Source: Selaginella moellendorffii (lineage: Eukaryota; Plantae; Lycopodiophyta). Taken from it: a DNA stretch of 64,000 bases. Location: the NCBI RefSeq assembly GCF_000143415.4, contig NW_003314270.1, positions 2,535,048 to 2,599,047 on the forward strand, given 5' to 3'. The notes below the pieces were generated by a model that was not told where the DNA came from, ran no database searches, and saw nothing but the letters and a program-made list of their open reading frames with translations. Of this stretch, positions 11,736-24,419 are shown piece by piece (within the stretch, counting starts at the first letter, position 1; every line of letters begins with the position of its first letter). The position numbers were made by a program, and so were the translations under genes.

Positions 11736-13943
11736 TTATGTACAGCCGCCACAGAAAAACTGCTCTGGAACATCATCGCCATCCCTGATGTGCGCACACC
11801 TCGTGTGGCTCCACACGCCGCAGGAATCGCACGCCGCCATGCGCTCGCCATCGTCGTCTCGAGCTCCACACCGGCAATTCACCACCCAGTCGTCCACTCC
11901 CTTCTCAAACCTCCCCGCCGAGAACCTGTTGTCGATCCCGGTCGCCCTGATCGCCACCTCCGCCGTCCTTTGGATCTTCACCAGCTTGAGCGGCCTCTCG
12001 TCCGCCTCGCCCTCCAGGACCGGGATGCTCGTCACGCGCAGCTGGCCCAAGCTCGGGTACACGTCCCTGAACGCCTTGGCCGCCTCTCGCTTGAGATCTC
12101 CCACCGTAGCGCTCGCCGGCAGCACCACCAGCTCGCTGGGAGCTCCTCCCTGATCGCCACCTTGCTCCACCGATTCCATCCGGCACTGGACTCTGAATAC
12201 CTCCGCTCCTGGCTCGTCGCATGGATCTGTCTCGGAGTTTCCATTGTAGTCCTTTATGAAGTGCTTCGTGTCCAGGACTGTCCTGCTCGCTTGTGCCAGA
12301 GGATCGTCCTCGGGAAGAAGACCACCCGCAAGAACTTTGCTGTATAAGTACCTTAGATCATCCAGAACTTTGGAAAACTCTGGCGCGTCTGCCTCTTCCT
12401 TTTTGTCTTGGATCTCTGGCGACTCAATCCTGGCCAACCTGAGAGATCATTAATTAGCACGAGAAAAGGTAAGACACTCTTTTACCTGTACTCGAGCTGC
12501 CGAAACTGCTCGTCACGCCGTCTTTGCACGACCAGATCACCCACAATCTTTCCGACGAAGCTGCACAGGCTGTGATCAAGCAAGCCCGTATCGCCAATGT
12601 GCAGTCGAGCTTGCTCTCGCAGCTTGATCCTCGGCATCCACTCGTTCAAGCCGAATTGCCGCAGCGCAGTCAGGAGAACGTCCAGTGTTTTGTCCAGTCT
12701 CTTGGCCGACCAGCGCTGGGAGTTACGGTTTGGAGCCGGAGCCGGAGCCGGAGGAGCATTCACTCCAGCGGGCACAGTAGCTTTGGAGCCCGTCGCCTTG
12801 CTGCTGAGTGCGTGAAGAAGCTCCATGAAATGGCTCACGAGCTCTTGCAAGTTCCCAGTCCGACCGTTCCGATAATAAGTAGCGATGCGGCGCAGCCTTT
12901 CGTCTCCCAAATCCAGGAAAAAGCTGAGCGGAGTGCTCGCAATCTGGTTGACGGCTTTCTTGTACGCAGCATCTGTTATGCCAAAGCTTCCCCTCCCAAA
13001 CTGATAGCCCCACAAACCATACCAGGGCTGACCCTTTGCAACAGCATGAAGCAATCGAAAGCTGGTTCCAAACTTCTTGGAAGCATCAAGAACACTAACT
13101 TTCCTGGGATAAAAACGAAGAAACAAGAGAAGGTTGAGCGAAAGAAAACCAAAGTGAAGCATACCTTGCTCGCATCATGGTGCACAAGCGATCCCACAAG
13201 TTCATGATCTCACGGCCGGAGAGAGACGAGGATCCTCCCTCGAAGCCATTGACTCTCAAGAGATGCCCGTAGCCATTCGAGTGTATGATCCCGTGGAGGA
13301 GATGGGACGTGTTCTCCAAAACGATAGTTCGCGAAGAACTTAGCCCACACTTTGGACATCTGCAACCTCTTTTCTAGCTTCTCTGTATAGAGTTTTTTTC
13401 TCACAGCCATGGTTACCTTGTGATAGACGAAGCAATGACGCTGCCACAGTGACTGCATAGCTTATGTCCCTTGCCCACTCCCAAAGCTTCCAGCTTTCCA
13501 GGAGCGTGGAGAATGAAATGGTACCGCGCACCGCAAACCGGGTGATGGCTCCAGCCTAAGAAACAAAGAAACACCACGATCGATCGAAATTTCATTCTAG
13601 AATCCTCTCTTTCTCCCTCTCGCGCTAGCGATCTCGCGACCGCGCGCGATCGAAACGTACCGATAATGCGGCAGTGGGAGCAGCCGAGAGCGCCCGACTC
13701 GAACGGCAATTCCTCGAGCACCAGCAGCGATTGCTCGGCGCCGCGCTGCGACACCAAGGGGACGCACCAGCGCTGGACGCCGGGCATCGGCGCCGCCATC
13801 ATCTGCCCAAACTCATTCAAGAAGGCGCGGACGTTGCTCCGGAATGGCCCTGAGAAATCCGCCGGGTAGCCGCCGCTCCCAAATCTCTCCAGGCTGAAGC
13901 GCTCCACCACGCGAGCACGCTTGGGCGGCCGGTACAGCACCAT
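11736..13943 (-). CDS. PHD-finger protein of the MS1/MMD1 family (At1g33420-like), multi-exon
   Basis: MVLYRPPKRAR start, GWSHHPVC, HLLHGIIHSNGYGHLLRVNG..GG..LSGREIMNLWDRLC, HIGDTGLLDH, C-terminal PHD CRCGARDDDGERMAACDSCGVWSHTRC. Confidence 0.9.
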
Positions 13944-14282
13944 GGATCGATCGATCGGCCTCCTCCTTCTCCTCCACCGCCGCGCCGCCAAGCGATTAGC
14001 CGCGATCGCCCTGCCGGCGCTCTTGCATGCGCTCCATCACCAGGCACACAAATCTTTGCACGCCGGCGAATATCCCCCTCCCCTAAGACAGGAAAGCCCA
14101 GGAATATTCGCCCGTTCTAGCTTCCGCCCGCCGCCTGGCCCACCGGCCACCGCCTATCGCCGGTGGACTCTACCTCGGACGCCGTACAGCGCTTTTAACT
14201 CCGCCCAACTCGGCGGGATAACAAATTTCAAAATTTTACTGCTCCAACTGCCTGCCGCCACGTGGCGGCGTTTCGCGCTCTC

Positions 14283-16847
14283 TCACTGCTTTAAGAGGTC
14301 GTGGAATGCCTCTTGTGGTATGTCCACCGAGCCAAAGCGTTTCATTCGCTTCTTCCCTTCCTTTTGCTTGTCTAGTAATTTCCTCTTTCGTGTTACGTCC
14401 CCTCCATAACACTTGGCCAACACATTCTTCCTCAAAGCAGAAATCCTGTACACAAAAAAAAAAAATGAGATTGTAGAGCTAGAGAGTTGAAACGATCGTG
14501 ACTTACGATTCTCGAGCTATAACTTTGCTTCCTACTGCTGCCTGTATCGTTACCTCGAACATTTGCCTGGATTTGAGGCGTCAGTATGATCGATCTAGAC
14601 TTTGGAAAATGAGACTTACCTGTCAAGAACTTTCTTTAGCTTGTCCACAATCTCTCGACCAGTTCTCACGGATTTGGCCTGGTGAACTATGGTGGAAAGA
14701 GCGTCCACTGCCTGACCATTGAGCAGCACGTCGACTTTCACAAGGTCCGCTTCCTGGTAGCTGTGCAACACGCAGCAATGTCACGGTGAATTGAAAAGGA
14801 ACATATGGCTTTACCCGTCATCGTCGTAGTCAAAGGAAGCATAGCCAGAAGTGATACTCTTGAGCACACTGTAAAAATCGACGACCACTTCACGCAAGGG
14901 AAGCCGATACTTTAGTAATGCCCGCTGGCTGCAACGTCGTTTATCAAAAGATCTGAAAGTCTAGAGCAAACTCTTTACCTGTCAATGTAGGAAAACTCAA
15001 GCTGTTCACCCCTTCGATCTGAACAAAGAGTGATCAGAGCTCCAACATGCCTGAAACAAGCAGTCTTTCAGTGACGGGACGAATTCATCATAGAACAAGC
15101 GGCACGGGCTTACTCACTAGGTGTAATAATCGTCGCAACCACGACTGGTTCCATAGCGGAAACTATTTTCTGAGCTGGCTGGGAAGGTAAGAGCGCTGGA
15201 TTTTGGACATTTAGTTTGCTGCAACTCTTGGAGTTAAGAACACAGCATCGCATACAGCTCACTCACCTCCCATCTTGAAACTCAAAAATGTAAGGCACGG
15301 TTGGAGCTGTTGCTATGACTTGGGCTCCAAATTCCTGAAAGAAAGAAAAAAATCAGAAAACTCAAACACTCCACAAATTTTAACCTGCTCTAGCCGCTGA
15401 TGAAACACATCCATGTGAAGAAGTCCAAGGAAGCCACACCTGATAGTTTATAAAGTCTGTGTTCGTTAACTTTGAATTGCCATGCATCATACCTGAACCC
15501 AATGCCCAAGGCAGCACTCGTTTCTTTGGTAGCGCTAACACTAGCATCGTTGCATGTGAGCCGTTCCATGGCTTGAGCCAGAGCTTCGAAATCTGATCCA
15601 TCAGCCGGATAAATGCCAGCAAAAACCATATGCTTCGCAGGCTTGAAACCTGAGTATCAACAACAAGGATGTAAGTTAATTGTAGAAGCATAAAAGAGAA
15701 ATGCTTACCAGGAAGAGCTTCAACAGACACATTCGCATGATGCATAGTATCTCCAACCCGTGCTTCTTGCGTAGCTTTCAACCCCGCAATCAAGTATCCA
15801 ACTTGGCCGGTTTGAAGCATTCCAGTCGACGTTAGCTCCGGATGTAGAATTCCAGTGTCGAGAACGTCATAAGTCTGACCGGTCGCTACCGAGGCTATCC
15901 TGTCACCTTTCTTGATGGATCCGTCCACCACGGCACCATTGCAAATGACACCCCGGTACTCATCGAAGTAAGAATCCAGGATGAGCATTCGCAGTGGCAA
16001 ATGGCATCTACCAGTCGGAGGAGGAATTCGTTTGATGACCGCCGGTAAAACCTCCGAGAGTCCTTGCCCAGTCTTTGCAGAGGTAAGCAGTGCATCCTCG
16101 GGTTCCAGATCAAACATGGTCTTGAGCTGCGCTTTCACTCTCTCTGGATCAGCAGTCGCCTGGTCGATCTTGTTGATCACAGGAATGATCGTCAAGTTGG
16201 CCTCGAAAGCCAAGTAGAAGTTGGCCACTGTCTGTGCTTGAATGCCCTGCGTCGCGTCCACCACCAGGAGCACACCTTGGCAAGCAGCGAGCGATCGAGA
16301 AACCTCGTAGCTAAAGTCGACGTGACCCGGTGTGTCGATAAGATTCAAAAGGTACTGCTCGGAAGAACCATCATCTTCGTTCTTGAGGTCGTAGAACATG
16401 GTGGCAGTCTGTGCTTTCACAGTAATACCTCGTTCCCGTTCCACCTAGAAACGAAACGAAAACAATTTATCAGAATCCACACAGAGCGATACAGAGAGAG
16501 AAAAAATGCAGTATTAACAAAGATGAGAATTCTAGCACACTCAAAAGAATTTCCTGGCTTGATACAAAGATTTCTCATACCTGGAGCTTGTCGAGATACT
16601 GCGGCTGGCCTTTACCCTTCTGTATCGTTCCGGTGAGCTCCAGCAATCGATCCGCGAGGGTCGACTTGCCATGGTCAATGTGTGCGATGATGGAGAAATT
16701 CCTGATCAGCGACACCGGGAACTTGCTGAGATCGATGTTCTTAGCGGCGGCACTGGCTGCATTGGAGCTCCATCGCGCGCTCCATGCGAATGCTGCTGGC
16801 CTGATCCTAGGCGCAAAGCGGCGATGCAACCCCCGCCATGCTGCCAT
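14283..16847 (-). CDS. GUF1: Translation factor GUF1/LepA (EF-4), probably mitochondrial, multi-exon
   Basis: [42 protein letters not shown] and C-terminal [20 protein letters not shown]; Arg-rich N-terminal presequence. Confidence 0.95.
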
Positions 16848-18399
16848 TCACAAAATGATAAACCCTAACTATACCCTCTGTCATGTGTTCGAGTCCTTTT
16901 GGAAGACTTTTGTTCAATGTCACTTATTGGTTACAAATTAGGGACTTCGTTTTAAAATTTATAATAGTTGCAGAATGGGGATTATTTTTTTAACCATGTC
17001 TTAGTGAGAAATTGTACTGATATTTGCTCTCAAACAATCGAAGGTGGCAAATTGCATAAGGTGGATAAATGTGTTATACTCATTGGACTCTTATTTTGAC
17101 CACTGCCATATGGCATACTTTTAACTCCACTTTAAGGTTTAGGGATTTATGTCTCACAACTAGAATTTGGGTTTAGATTTAAGCCAAATGCAAAATAAGG
17201 ATAAATACACTTAATAGAGTAAAAAACCAACTCAAAATACAATCTATAATTTATAAGGAAAGGATTAATGCACCTTTTTTTTTTTTTTTAATCAGTTAAA
17301 GATTTAAGGTTAAGCATCCATGGGTTTAAACATAAGATAAACAATAAGGCTAGTGCTTAATATACCCATTATCTCTACTATACTTTATATAATTTTGGTT
17401 ATGCACTTCCCACAGGATCTAGATATTTATAGCTCTCTCTAATACCCATCTCGAAGACTTTTCATTTTGGAGCCTTTAAGTCTACTTTAGTGGGATCCTA
17501 GTGTATACTAATATCCCATCCCCACTTTCCTCTATGCTAGATATAGCAAAGGAGATGTAGAAGCAAATCATGAAAGCCATACTAGAGTTGAGAATCTCAT
17601 AAGACTTCAAATCTAAGAAGGAAATCCCTCACTAGTTTCTTGCCATTTCAAGCTTATTGGTGGAACAATATTATAATTAACACCTCCCTTCTTCTGGAAG
17701 CTGCTCACATTTAGAAAAAAGGGTACCTATCCTATTAGGTCTTTTGTATGAACTTTCATAAAGGTATTTCATGTTTTCTTTTTAGATCATAGTATTTTGA
17801 TTTCAGATTCTTTTTTTTCCAGTTGGCAACCATTTCAATGAGCTCATCTGGTGTTTACTATTATTACAACTTAAATCACTCCTCTCTTTTTTCTCAGTAT
17901 ACTCAAATAAGAGGACTTTTGCCCTTTTCCAATTCCAATCTGGTTTTAGGATTATCTTAATTCATACTTTCTAACAGTGGGTTTAAGAGCAAGGTGGAGA
18001 GCAGACTGAGCAAGAGCATTTGTCCTAAAGAATTCAAAGCATTGCACTGTGGAACTCTTGTTTCAGCTACATAAGGGAAACTTTATTTTAAAGTTAGTTC
18101 ACTTTGCTTCACCCTTCACAGTTGGTAGGTTTCAAAAGGTAAGAGAGGTACTAAAGTATGAATACTGAGGTTTTGAAGGATAACAATGTAGGGTCTAAAA
18201 TAGCACGATCTAGAACACAAAAATGTTGAATTTGGTAATGTGGAGCAAATTGATGCCATCTGGCAGTGCAATACTAACAGTAACCGATGGTTTTTTCACC
18301 CATTGACATGATTTTCAGGCACAGGATCTGGACCTACAGGCACCCAAGGATACCACAACAGAATGGAGTTTCCACTTATGATTTGTCCTTCTGCAATGT

Positions 18400-19431
18400 T
18401 CACGCGAGCCAGGGAATACCATAGGAAACACACGATTCATAAGACGCTGCTCCTGGTAACTTCACGATAGGACCCAGACCAATTCTCCACAGATCTAGCA
18501 AGATCGTCACGATCATCGCCGCAGCCAAGGAATCAATGGCAGTTTGCGACAGCGTCCATCGAGAGCGAGGATTTTCATCTAGCCTGCACATCAAAACTAA
18601 AGTTTCTATCGCGCTCGGGGGAAGCGAAGCGAACGAACCTGATAAACATGGGGAAGCTCACAAAAAAGTATATGGCGTAGAATAGCGATCCAATTCTGTA
18701 GAATGCGTCTCTGTCCACCATGTCGTAGTAAGGAAACTAGAAAAGAAGGAAAGAAACTTGTTTATCAGCTTCGTGAAGTTCATAAAAGGAAAAGTACTTA
18801 CGTTGGAGATTGTCACAGCTTCCATGATCGCCGTAAGGTAGGACAAACCGAAGATCCACAGCGCTTGACATCCCCAGCTAAAAACTCGGTTTGATCCTTT
18901 GAGAGCGTGGCGGAGTCGCCTCAGCGTGAAGTCGGACACCATATGATAAAAGAGGAAGTAAGCATGCGTAAGGAAGAATGTCACAAGCGGCACCTGGAAC
19001 GATCAGTCCATCGTTTCAGCAAGCGATGTTACGAGAAACAAGGAAATTGAAAACTTTGTACCGTGCTCGTACATGATTTAACCTCCAGGACGGGAACGTG
19101 TAAGTTGCACCAAGAACAGTGTAGAAGTAATGCGTCCAGAAGTAGTTTCCAACGTATCCGAAAATCGCAACCCACAAGTTCGCCTGGAAAACGAGAACAA
19201 TCGGACATAGCTAGCTATAAAACCAGGAAGAAGCATCCACACCTTTATCCAGTAGCGATCATACCAACGCAGCTTCTTGTCTTCCTGATCAAAGAAAGAC
19301 ATCACGAAACAAGTCGGAAAGACTGAAAGAAAAACTCCAATACCTTTCCAACGAGAAACACTGGAACGACAAAACACGGCAGTGCCACCACCAATCCCAG
19401 CAGAAAATACTCGAGCTCCTTAAAATGCTGC

Positions 19432-19463
<32 letters not shown>

Positions 19464-19735
19464 GAGAGCGCATTACTTCCTACATTGCCAAGATCAAAGT
19501 TTTACCTCGTAGATCCTGAGCGGCACTATGATTCCGAGACACAGCACGATCCAAACGGGACTATACGCCAGAAAGAAGAGCTCGCCCCATCGCTTGCTGG
19601 GACAAGGCGCCAGCCACAGGCTCCCGCTGGATTTCCTATCCAATCCTGCAAATGCAGCACAAGAATCTCATTCCAGCGCAACTCCAAATCTTCCCCTACC
19701 TCGCACAGGAGCAGCGGCGCCATCGGGAGCGCCAT
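18400..19735 (-). CDS. CPI1: Cycloeucalenol cycloisomerase (cyclopropyl sterol isomerase), multi-exon
   Basis: SKRWGELFFL, RYWIKANLWIAIFGYVGNYFWTHYFYTVLGA, FFLTHAYFLFYH and AAMIVTILLDLWRIGLGPI match the CPI1 family. Confidence 0.9.
19432..19468. repeat. (GA)n microsatellite in a CPI1 intron
   Basis: gagagagag run with a single interruption. Confidence 0.9.
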
Positions 19736-19758
19736 CGCTCTTCCTCCGCTGCTTGAGC

Positions 19759-19827
19759 GCTCCCATCCCGCCCTAAAAATTTAGAATATCAGGGGTTTAA
19801 GCCTGACGAGGTTCGATTCCAGCGAGT
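19759..19827. repeat. Copy 1 of a ~70-bp imperfect direct repeat (upstream of CPI1)
   Basis: gctcccatcccgccctaaaaat..aatatc..ggtttaa..gacgagg.tcgattccagcgagt aligns with 22031-22105. Confidence 0.8.
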
Positions 19828-19845
19828 AGCTTCTTCTTCTTCTTC

Positions 19846-22029
19846 TCATTTGGCCAAGTACTCCTCCGCGAAGCTCTTATCTTTCGGTGACAACTCGCGT
19901 TCTTTGAATCGAAAAGCACTGCGAAGCATGTCTTTAGCTTTCCCATCCGGCCTACACCCAGCCTTGATCATCTCGTCAAACACACCCGAGACCTCGTCCA
20001 GCTTCTCGGCTCGGATCAAAGCCTTCATGAGCGTCGTGTAAGTGATCTTGTCCGCCGTCAATCCAGCCTCCTTGATGTACTCAAACACCGCGAACGCCTC
20101 CTGGCTTCTCCCGGCCATGCTGAAGGCGTTGATGAGCAAGTTGAGCATCGCCAGGTTGATCTCGATGTTCTCTTTCTCCATCGTCTGGAGGACATGAAGC
20201 GTCTGCTCACACATCCCCAGCTGCGCGTAGGCGTTCGCCAGAGCCGAGTAAGCCGTCGGCGATGGCCCCATTCCATCCTCCTTCATCGCCTGGAGACACT
20301 CCACTGCGTCCTGGAAGAGCCGCGCTTGAGCGTAGACGTCCACCAAGGTTGTGTAAGTCACCACGTTTGGAAACATCCCCTTGGAGCGCATCTCCTCCAC
20401 CATCTCGTTCACGTCGTTCCACCGCTTGTGCTCTCCCAGGCCGTGGATCACGATGTTGAAAGTTTGAGCCGTGGGAGCGCAGCCATCGTTCACCATCTTG
20501 TAGTAGAGTTTTCTCGCTTCTAGAGGCTGCCCCGCCTTGCAGCAGGCGTCTATGAGCGAGTTCCAGGACACCACGTCCGGCTCTATGCCACCATCTTGCA
20601 TTTTGAAGAACGCGATGCGGGCTTGCTCCAGCTGCCTGGTCCGGCCGAAGGTGTTGATGATCACATTGTAGACGTGCGCGTCGGGTGTGACTCCTGCTTG
20701 CTGCATCTCTCGCAGGAGCTTCACACCTTTCTGCCACTGCCCTGTGTCCCTGTAGATCGTTATCATCCTCGCGTACATGTAGGTGTTGGGCCGCATATCA
20801 CAGTCCCGCATCTCCTGATAGAGAGCTTCCAGCCGATCCATAAGGCCCGCGCGAGCGTAAGCATCGATGAGCAGGCAGTATGTTATCTTGTTTATCGACA
20901 TCCCTGTGTCTCGGAGTAGCGTCTTGACGGTGTCTATTTGTTGTAGCTGGCCTTTCCTCGAGTAGCCACCGAGAAGCGTGTTGTAAGCCTTGAGGTTCGG
21001 CCTCACGCCATACCACTTCATTTCTTCCAGCAGAGCTTCCGCCTCGGCAGTCCTCCCGTGCTTTCCGAGAGCAAGCATCAGCGATATGTAGCTATCCCTG
21101 TCCGCCACCAGGCCGGAAGCTTGCAACTTCTCCAGGAAAAACATGCCTTCGTTGGGCTTGTGAGCTTGTCCACAGGCAAAGATGAGATCGTTGTAGACTT
21201 TTCCGTCAACCTGGACGCCCTCGGCTTGCATTTCCTGGAAGAGCCTAAACCCCGTGTAGATATCCACAACACCATGCCGGCAAGCTTGAATAACGTGCGT
21301 GTAGCTCACCACGTCCGGAGGAAAGCCGAGAGTCTTCATCTTGCTCAAAGTCTCTAGAGCTTTTCCATAATCCCTGTTCTGTGCGTAAGCTCCGACGAGA
21401 GCATTGTATCCACGTCGCTGAAGATTGGATCCAAGCTTCTCGGCCACCTCTAGAGCTTTGTGTAGTTTCCTCTCCCTTCCATATCCATGGATGACCACCG
21501 AGTCCAAGACGTCGTAAGTCCGGCAGAAGGAATTCTCTCGCAGCCATTCCAAGAGCTCGGAAGCAAAGCTACTGCGTCCACTTACACACAGTTCTTGCAA
21601 GAGCCAGTGCCACGCTCTCTCTGGAACCTTCCTAAACTGTTCTACAGTGTCCTCCCCAAACTTCTCCCCTATAGCGTTCTCCCTTTCCAAGCTGCCGAGC
21701 AATGCCTTCCAAGGCAATCCACCGTTCCAGTGATTCCGGAGCCTCTTCTCAATCTCCTCTAGCGAGATCTCCCGAAGCTTACCTCCATTCCGCGTGAAAA
21801 GCTTCTCATCTACGCCCTCTTGATCCTCCTCCTCCTCCCAAACCCTGAGCTCATCAATCGGGTCTCCATCCTCTTGAGTCCATTGCAGATCATCCGAAAG
21901 AGAGCAAAATCCTACCAATCCTTGCGCCTGCCGTGGCCGCCATGGCGCCATGGCCGCGGAGAGCTTCATCGATGCCATCGCCGTGGAAGAGTGGAAGAAT
22001 GCAGCGGTGTGGAAGCCTGTGGACGCCAT
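19846..22029 (-). CDS. Intronless P-class PPR protein, CRP1-like, probable plastid targeting
   Basis: About 14 tandem 35-aa PPR motifs (YNALVGAY, VVSYTHVI, VVSWNSLIDACCKAG); WLRENSFCRTYDVL resembles the CRP1 pre-PPR segment; transit-peptide-like N-terminus. Confidence 0.88.
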   Translation of the reverse strand: MASTGFHTAAFFHSSTAMASMKLSAAMAPWRPRQAQGLVGFCSLSDDLQWTQEDGDPIDELRVWEEEEDQEGVDEKLFTRNGGKLREISLEEIEKRLRNHWNGGLPWKALLGSLERENAIGEKFGEDTVEQFRKVPERAWHWLLQELCVSGRSSFASELLEWLRENSFCRTYDVLDSVVIHGYGRERKLHKALEVAEKLGSNLQRRGYNALVGAYAQNRDYGKALETLSKMKTLGFPPDVVSYTHVIQACRHGVVDIYTGFRLFQEMQAEGVQVDGKVYNDLIFACGQAHKPNEGMFFLEKLQASGLVADRDSYISLMLALGKHGRTAEAEALLEEMKWYGVRPNLKAYNTLLGGYSRKGQLQQIDTVKTLLRDTGMSINKITYCLLIDAYARAGLMDRLEALYQEMRDCDMRPNTYMYARMITIYRDTGQWQKGVKLLREMQQAGVTPDAHVYNVIINTFGRTRQLEQARIAFFKMQDGGIEPDVVSWNSLIDACCKAGQPLEARKLYYKMVNDGCAPTAQTFNIVIHGLGEHKRWNDVNEMVEEMRSKGMFPNVVTYTTLVDVYAQARLFQDAVECLQAMKEDGMGPSPTAYSALANAYAQLGMCEQTLHVLQTMEKENIEINLAMLNLLINAFSMAGRSQEAFAVFEYIKEAGLTADKITYTTLMKALIRAEKLDEVSGVFDEMIKAGCRPDGKAKDMLRSAFRFKERELSPKDKSFAEEYLAK

Positions 22030-22030
22030 A

Positions 22031-22105
22031 GCTCCACTCCCGCCCTAAAAATCAAAATATCGAGGTTTAACTTATACCCTAGACGAGGGCTCGATTCCAG
22101 CGAGT
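22031..22105. repeat. Copy 2 of the ~70-bp direct repeat (between the divergent PPR and TKPR2-like genes)
   Basis: gctccactcccgccctaaaaat..aatatc..ggtttaa..gacgagg.ctcgattccagcgagt. Confidence 0.8.
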
Positions 22106-22192
22106 GAAATTTGCCAGTGTACGTTTCTACCAATGCAATGTGCGTGATTCCATGCATATAAGCTCTCTTCTTCTTTCTCTCGCCTTTGCACG

Positions 22193-23592
22193 ATGGCTAT
22201 GGCTTCCAGCAATGGAAAGCTTGTGTGCGTCACTGGAGGAACGGGTTACATTGCCTCCTGGATCGTCCGCGAGCTCCTCCAAAGGGGCTACACAGTCCAC
22301 ACCACTGCGCGCAATCCAGGTGAGGAACACCACCATGATTCTTTCTCGTGATCTCCTTCCAAACGCGATGGATCGATCGATGCTTGCTTGTTTGCGATGC
22401 GAAGACGATCCCGCCAAGGTCGGCTTCCTGTGGGACTTGCCGGGAGCGAAGGAGCGCCTCCGGATCTTCAAGGCCGATTTGCTCGAGCCGGGCAGCTTCG
22501 ACGCCGCGCTGAGTGGCGTGCACGGCGTCATTCACGTCGCTGGCGTCGTGCTGATCGATCCCAAAGACGATCCACAGGTTTGGTCTCTCTCGCAAAATCT
22601 TTGGACACTCCACCAAACTCTTGTTCTTCTTTGTTTCTAGCTCAAACTCGTCGAGACCTCCACCAATGGCGTGCTCAACGTCCTCGGCTCGTGTACAAAG
22701 TTCTCCTCCATCGCCAAGGTCGTCCTCACTTCATCCTGCTCGGCGATTCGCTACGACCACCACCACCAAACTGGAAAGAACGATCCACCGCTTGACGAGA
22801 GCTCCTGGACGAATCCGGGCTACTGCAGCCAACACAAGGTCCCAAAAGATCTGTTTTGTCAGATCCATCCAGTTGATAGAGATGATCATCTTCATCTCTT
22901 GTTTGTTTCTAACCAGTTTCTTTTGTCTCGAATCGTTTCTTCTTCCCTGTTTGTTCTAGTTCTAGCTAACGAAATCTCTTGTTTCTCTCCAGCTATGGTA
23001 TCCACTGGCCAAGACACTAGCCGAGAGGACTGCCTGGGATTTTAGCAAGCTCCATGGGATCAATCTCGTCGTGGTGAATCCATCCTTCATCGTTGGACCG
23101 CTTCTACAGCCGGTTCCAACCAGCACCATCCTCATCGTCCTCGGCATGCTCAAAGGTCGAGAGAAAAAAAAAACCAATTTTTTGCTCAAGATCATCCTCT
23201 TCGTCCCAGGCCATATCAAGCTCTATCCAAACATGATCGTCGGCTTCGTTCACATCCAGGACGTGGTAGCAGCACACCTCCTCGCCTACGAATCCCCCGG
23301 CGCGGCTGGCCGATACATTTGCTCCGAGAGAGTGGCTCACTGGAGAGAAGTTCTCGAGATGCTACGAGCGAAGTATCCCCAGTATCCTCTTCCAAGCGAG
23401 TAAGAATCCTTTCTCACGATCACTCACCACAAGATCCAACAATGCAGGCCATCCCAGGACCAAGGCCAAGACATTCCTCACGAGATGAGCGCTGAAAAGC
23501 TCAAGCAACTCGGCCTCGAGACTTATCAGCCGCTGGAGAAGATGTTTGACGACTGCATCGAAAGCCTCAAACTCAAAGGTTTTCTGGAATGA
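22193..23592 (+). CDS. TKPR2: Tetraketide alpha-pyrone reductase 2-like (CCR/DFR-family NAD(P)H reductase), multi-exon
   Basis: [13 protein letters not shown] Rossmann motif, [24 protein letters not shown] (YxxxK), [10 protein letters not shown] and [21 protein letters not shown] are characteristic of the TKPR2 subgroup. Confidence 0.75.
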
Positions 23593-23692
23593 AAAGAACA
23601 AGCGCTTCTTCTATAGATGGAATAAGTAAACAAACACACGAAAACAATGGAAAGTGGAGAGCACTTCCCTTCGAAACTTGGAAACTTTCCTC

Positions 23693-24419
23693 CTAGTGCG
23701 AGCAGACAAGCGAGCTCATGAAGCTCCACCAGTGCTTGAGCGGATGTGAGATCGGCTGCGTGACACTGGTCTGTCGCTCGGAGATCTCATCGGCCTTCTT
23801 TCGATAGAGGAGGAACTGCCGAGTTCCAAGTACGCCGATGCATTCATTAGAGTCGAGAGCTGTTAGACAAGAGACAACTAACTTAGAATCGATCAACACC
23901 GGGGGAAAATCTCTTACGTACCTTTGAAGTCGCCATTGTCGCAGTAGAGCTCCACAAGCTGCTTGCTAAGTAGAGGAAGCCTTCCCTCGCGAGCATACAC
24001 ACGAAGAGCCGTGTCCACAACACGTCCGACGGTGTCAGCTTTGTCCACGAGAAAACGTAGAGGACCGGGGCTTCCCAGGACAGTCACAGTGACTAGCATA
24101 AGATTTGCATCACCTTTTCCCTGCAAGACGCAAGAACAGCTCAAGAAAAACGATGGAAGAAACGAAAGCAAAAGGACTTCCAACATACCTGGCTCTTGCT
24201 CAGCAGCGCAGCCAATGGAGTCTTCCCCGGAGGCCTCTTGGCGGAGAGATTCTCATCCGGAACATAAGCTCGACTCGAAGCGTTCTTATCCTTCTCCGCC
24301 ACCACCGGCACCTTTCTCCCGGGCACCACCACCATAGCCTTGGACTTTGGAGAAGTTCGTCCTTTAGAACCGAGTGAGGAGCTGCTGGAAGCCACCACTT
24401 CCATCGCGTGAGGAGCCAT
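23693..24419 (-). CDS. Uncharacterised plant protein, At4g22758-like, 3 exons
   Basis: MLVTVTVLGSPGPLRFLV..VVDTALRVYAREGRLPLL and ALDSNECIG..RQFLL. Confidence 0.7.

Noticed and set aside
9217-11869. Long alternative-frame and antisense ORFs (472 aa, 299 aa, 265 aa) over the SET gene; similar ones over the PPR, C2 and DUF2921-like genes
   Set aside because: Shadow ORFs caused by GC-rich codon usage; only the first part of the 472-aa ORF carries real P450 sequence
17960-18000. Possible LTR end plus primer-binding site (ctaaca gtgggtttaagagc) in AT-rich intergenic DNA
   Set aside because: Too degenerate, and no matching LTR or coding remnants could be confirmed by eye
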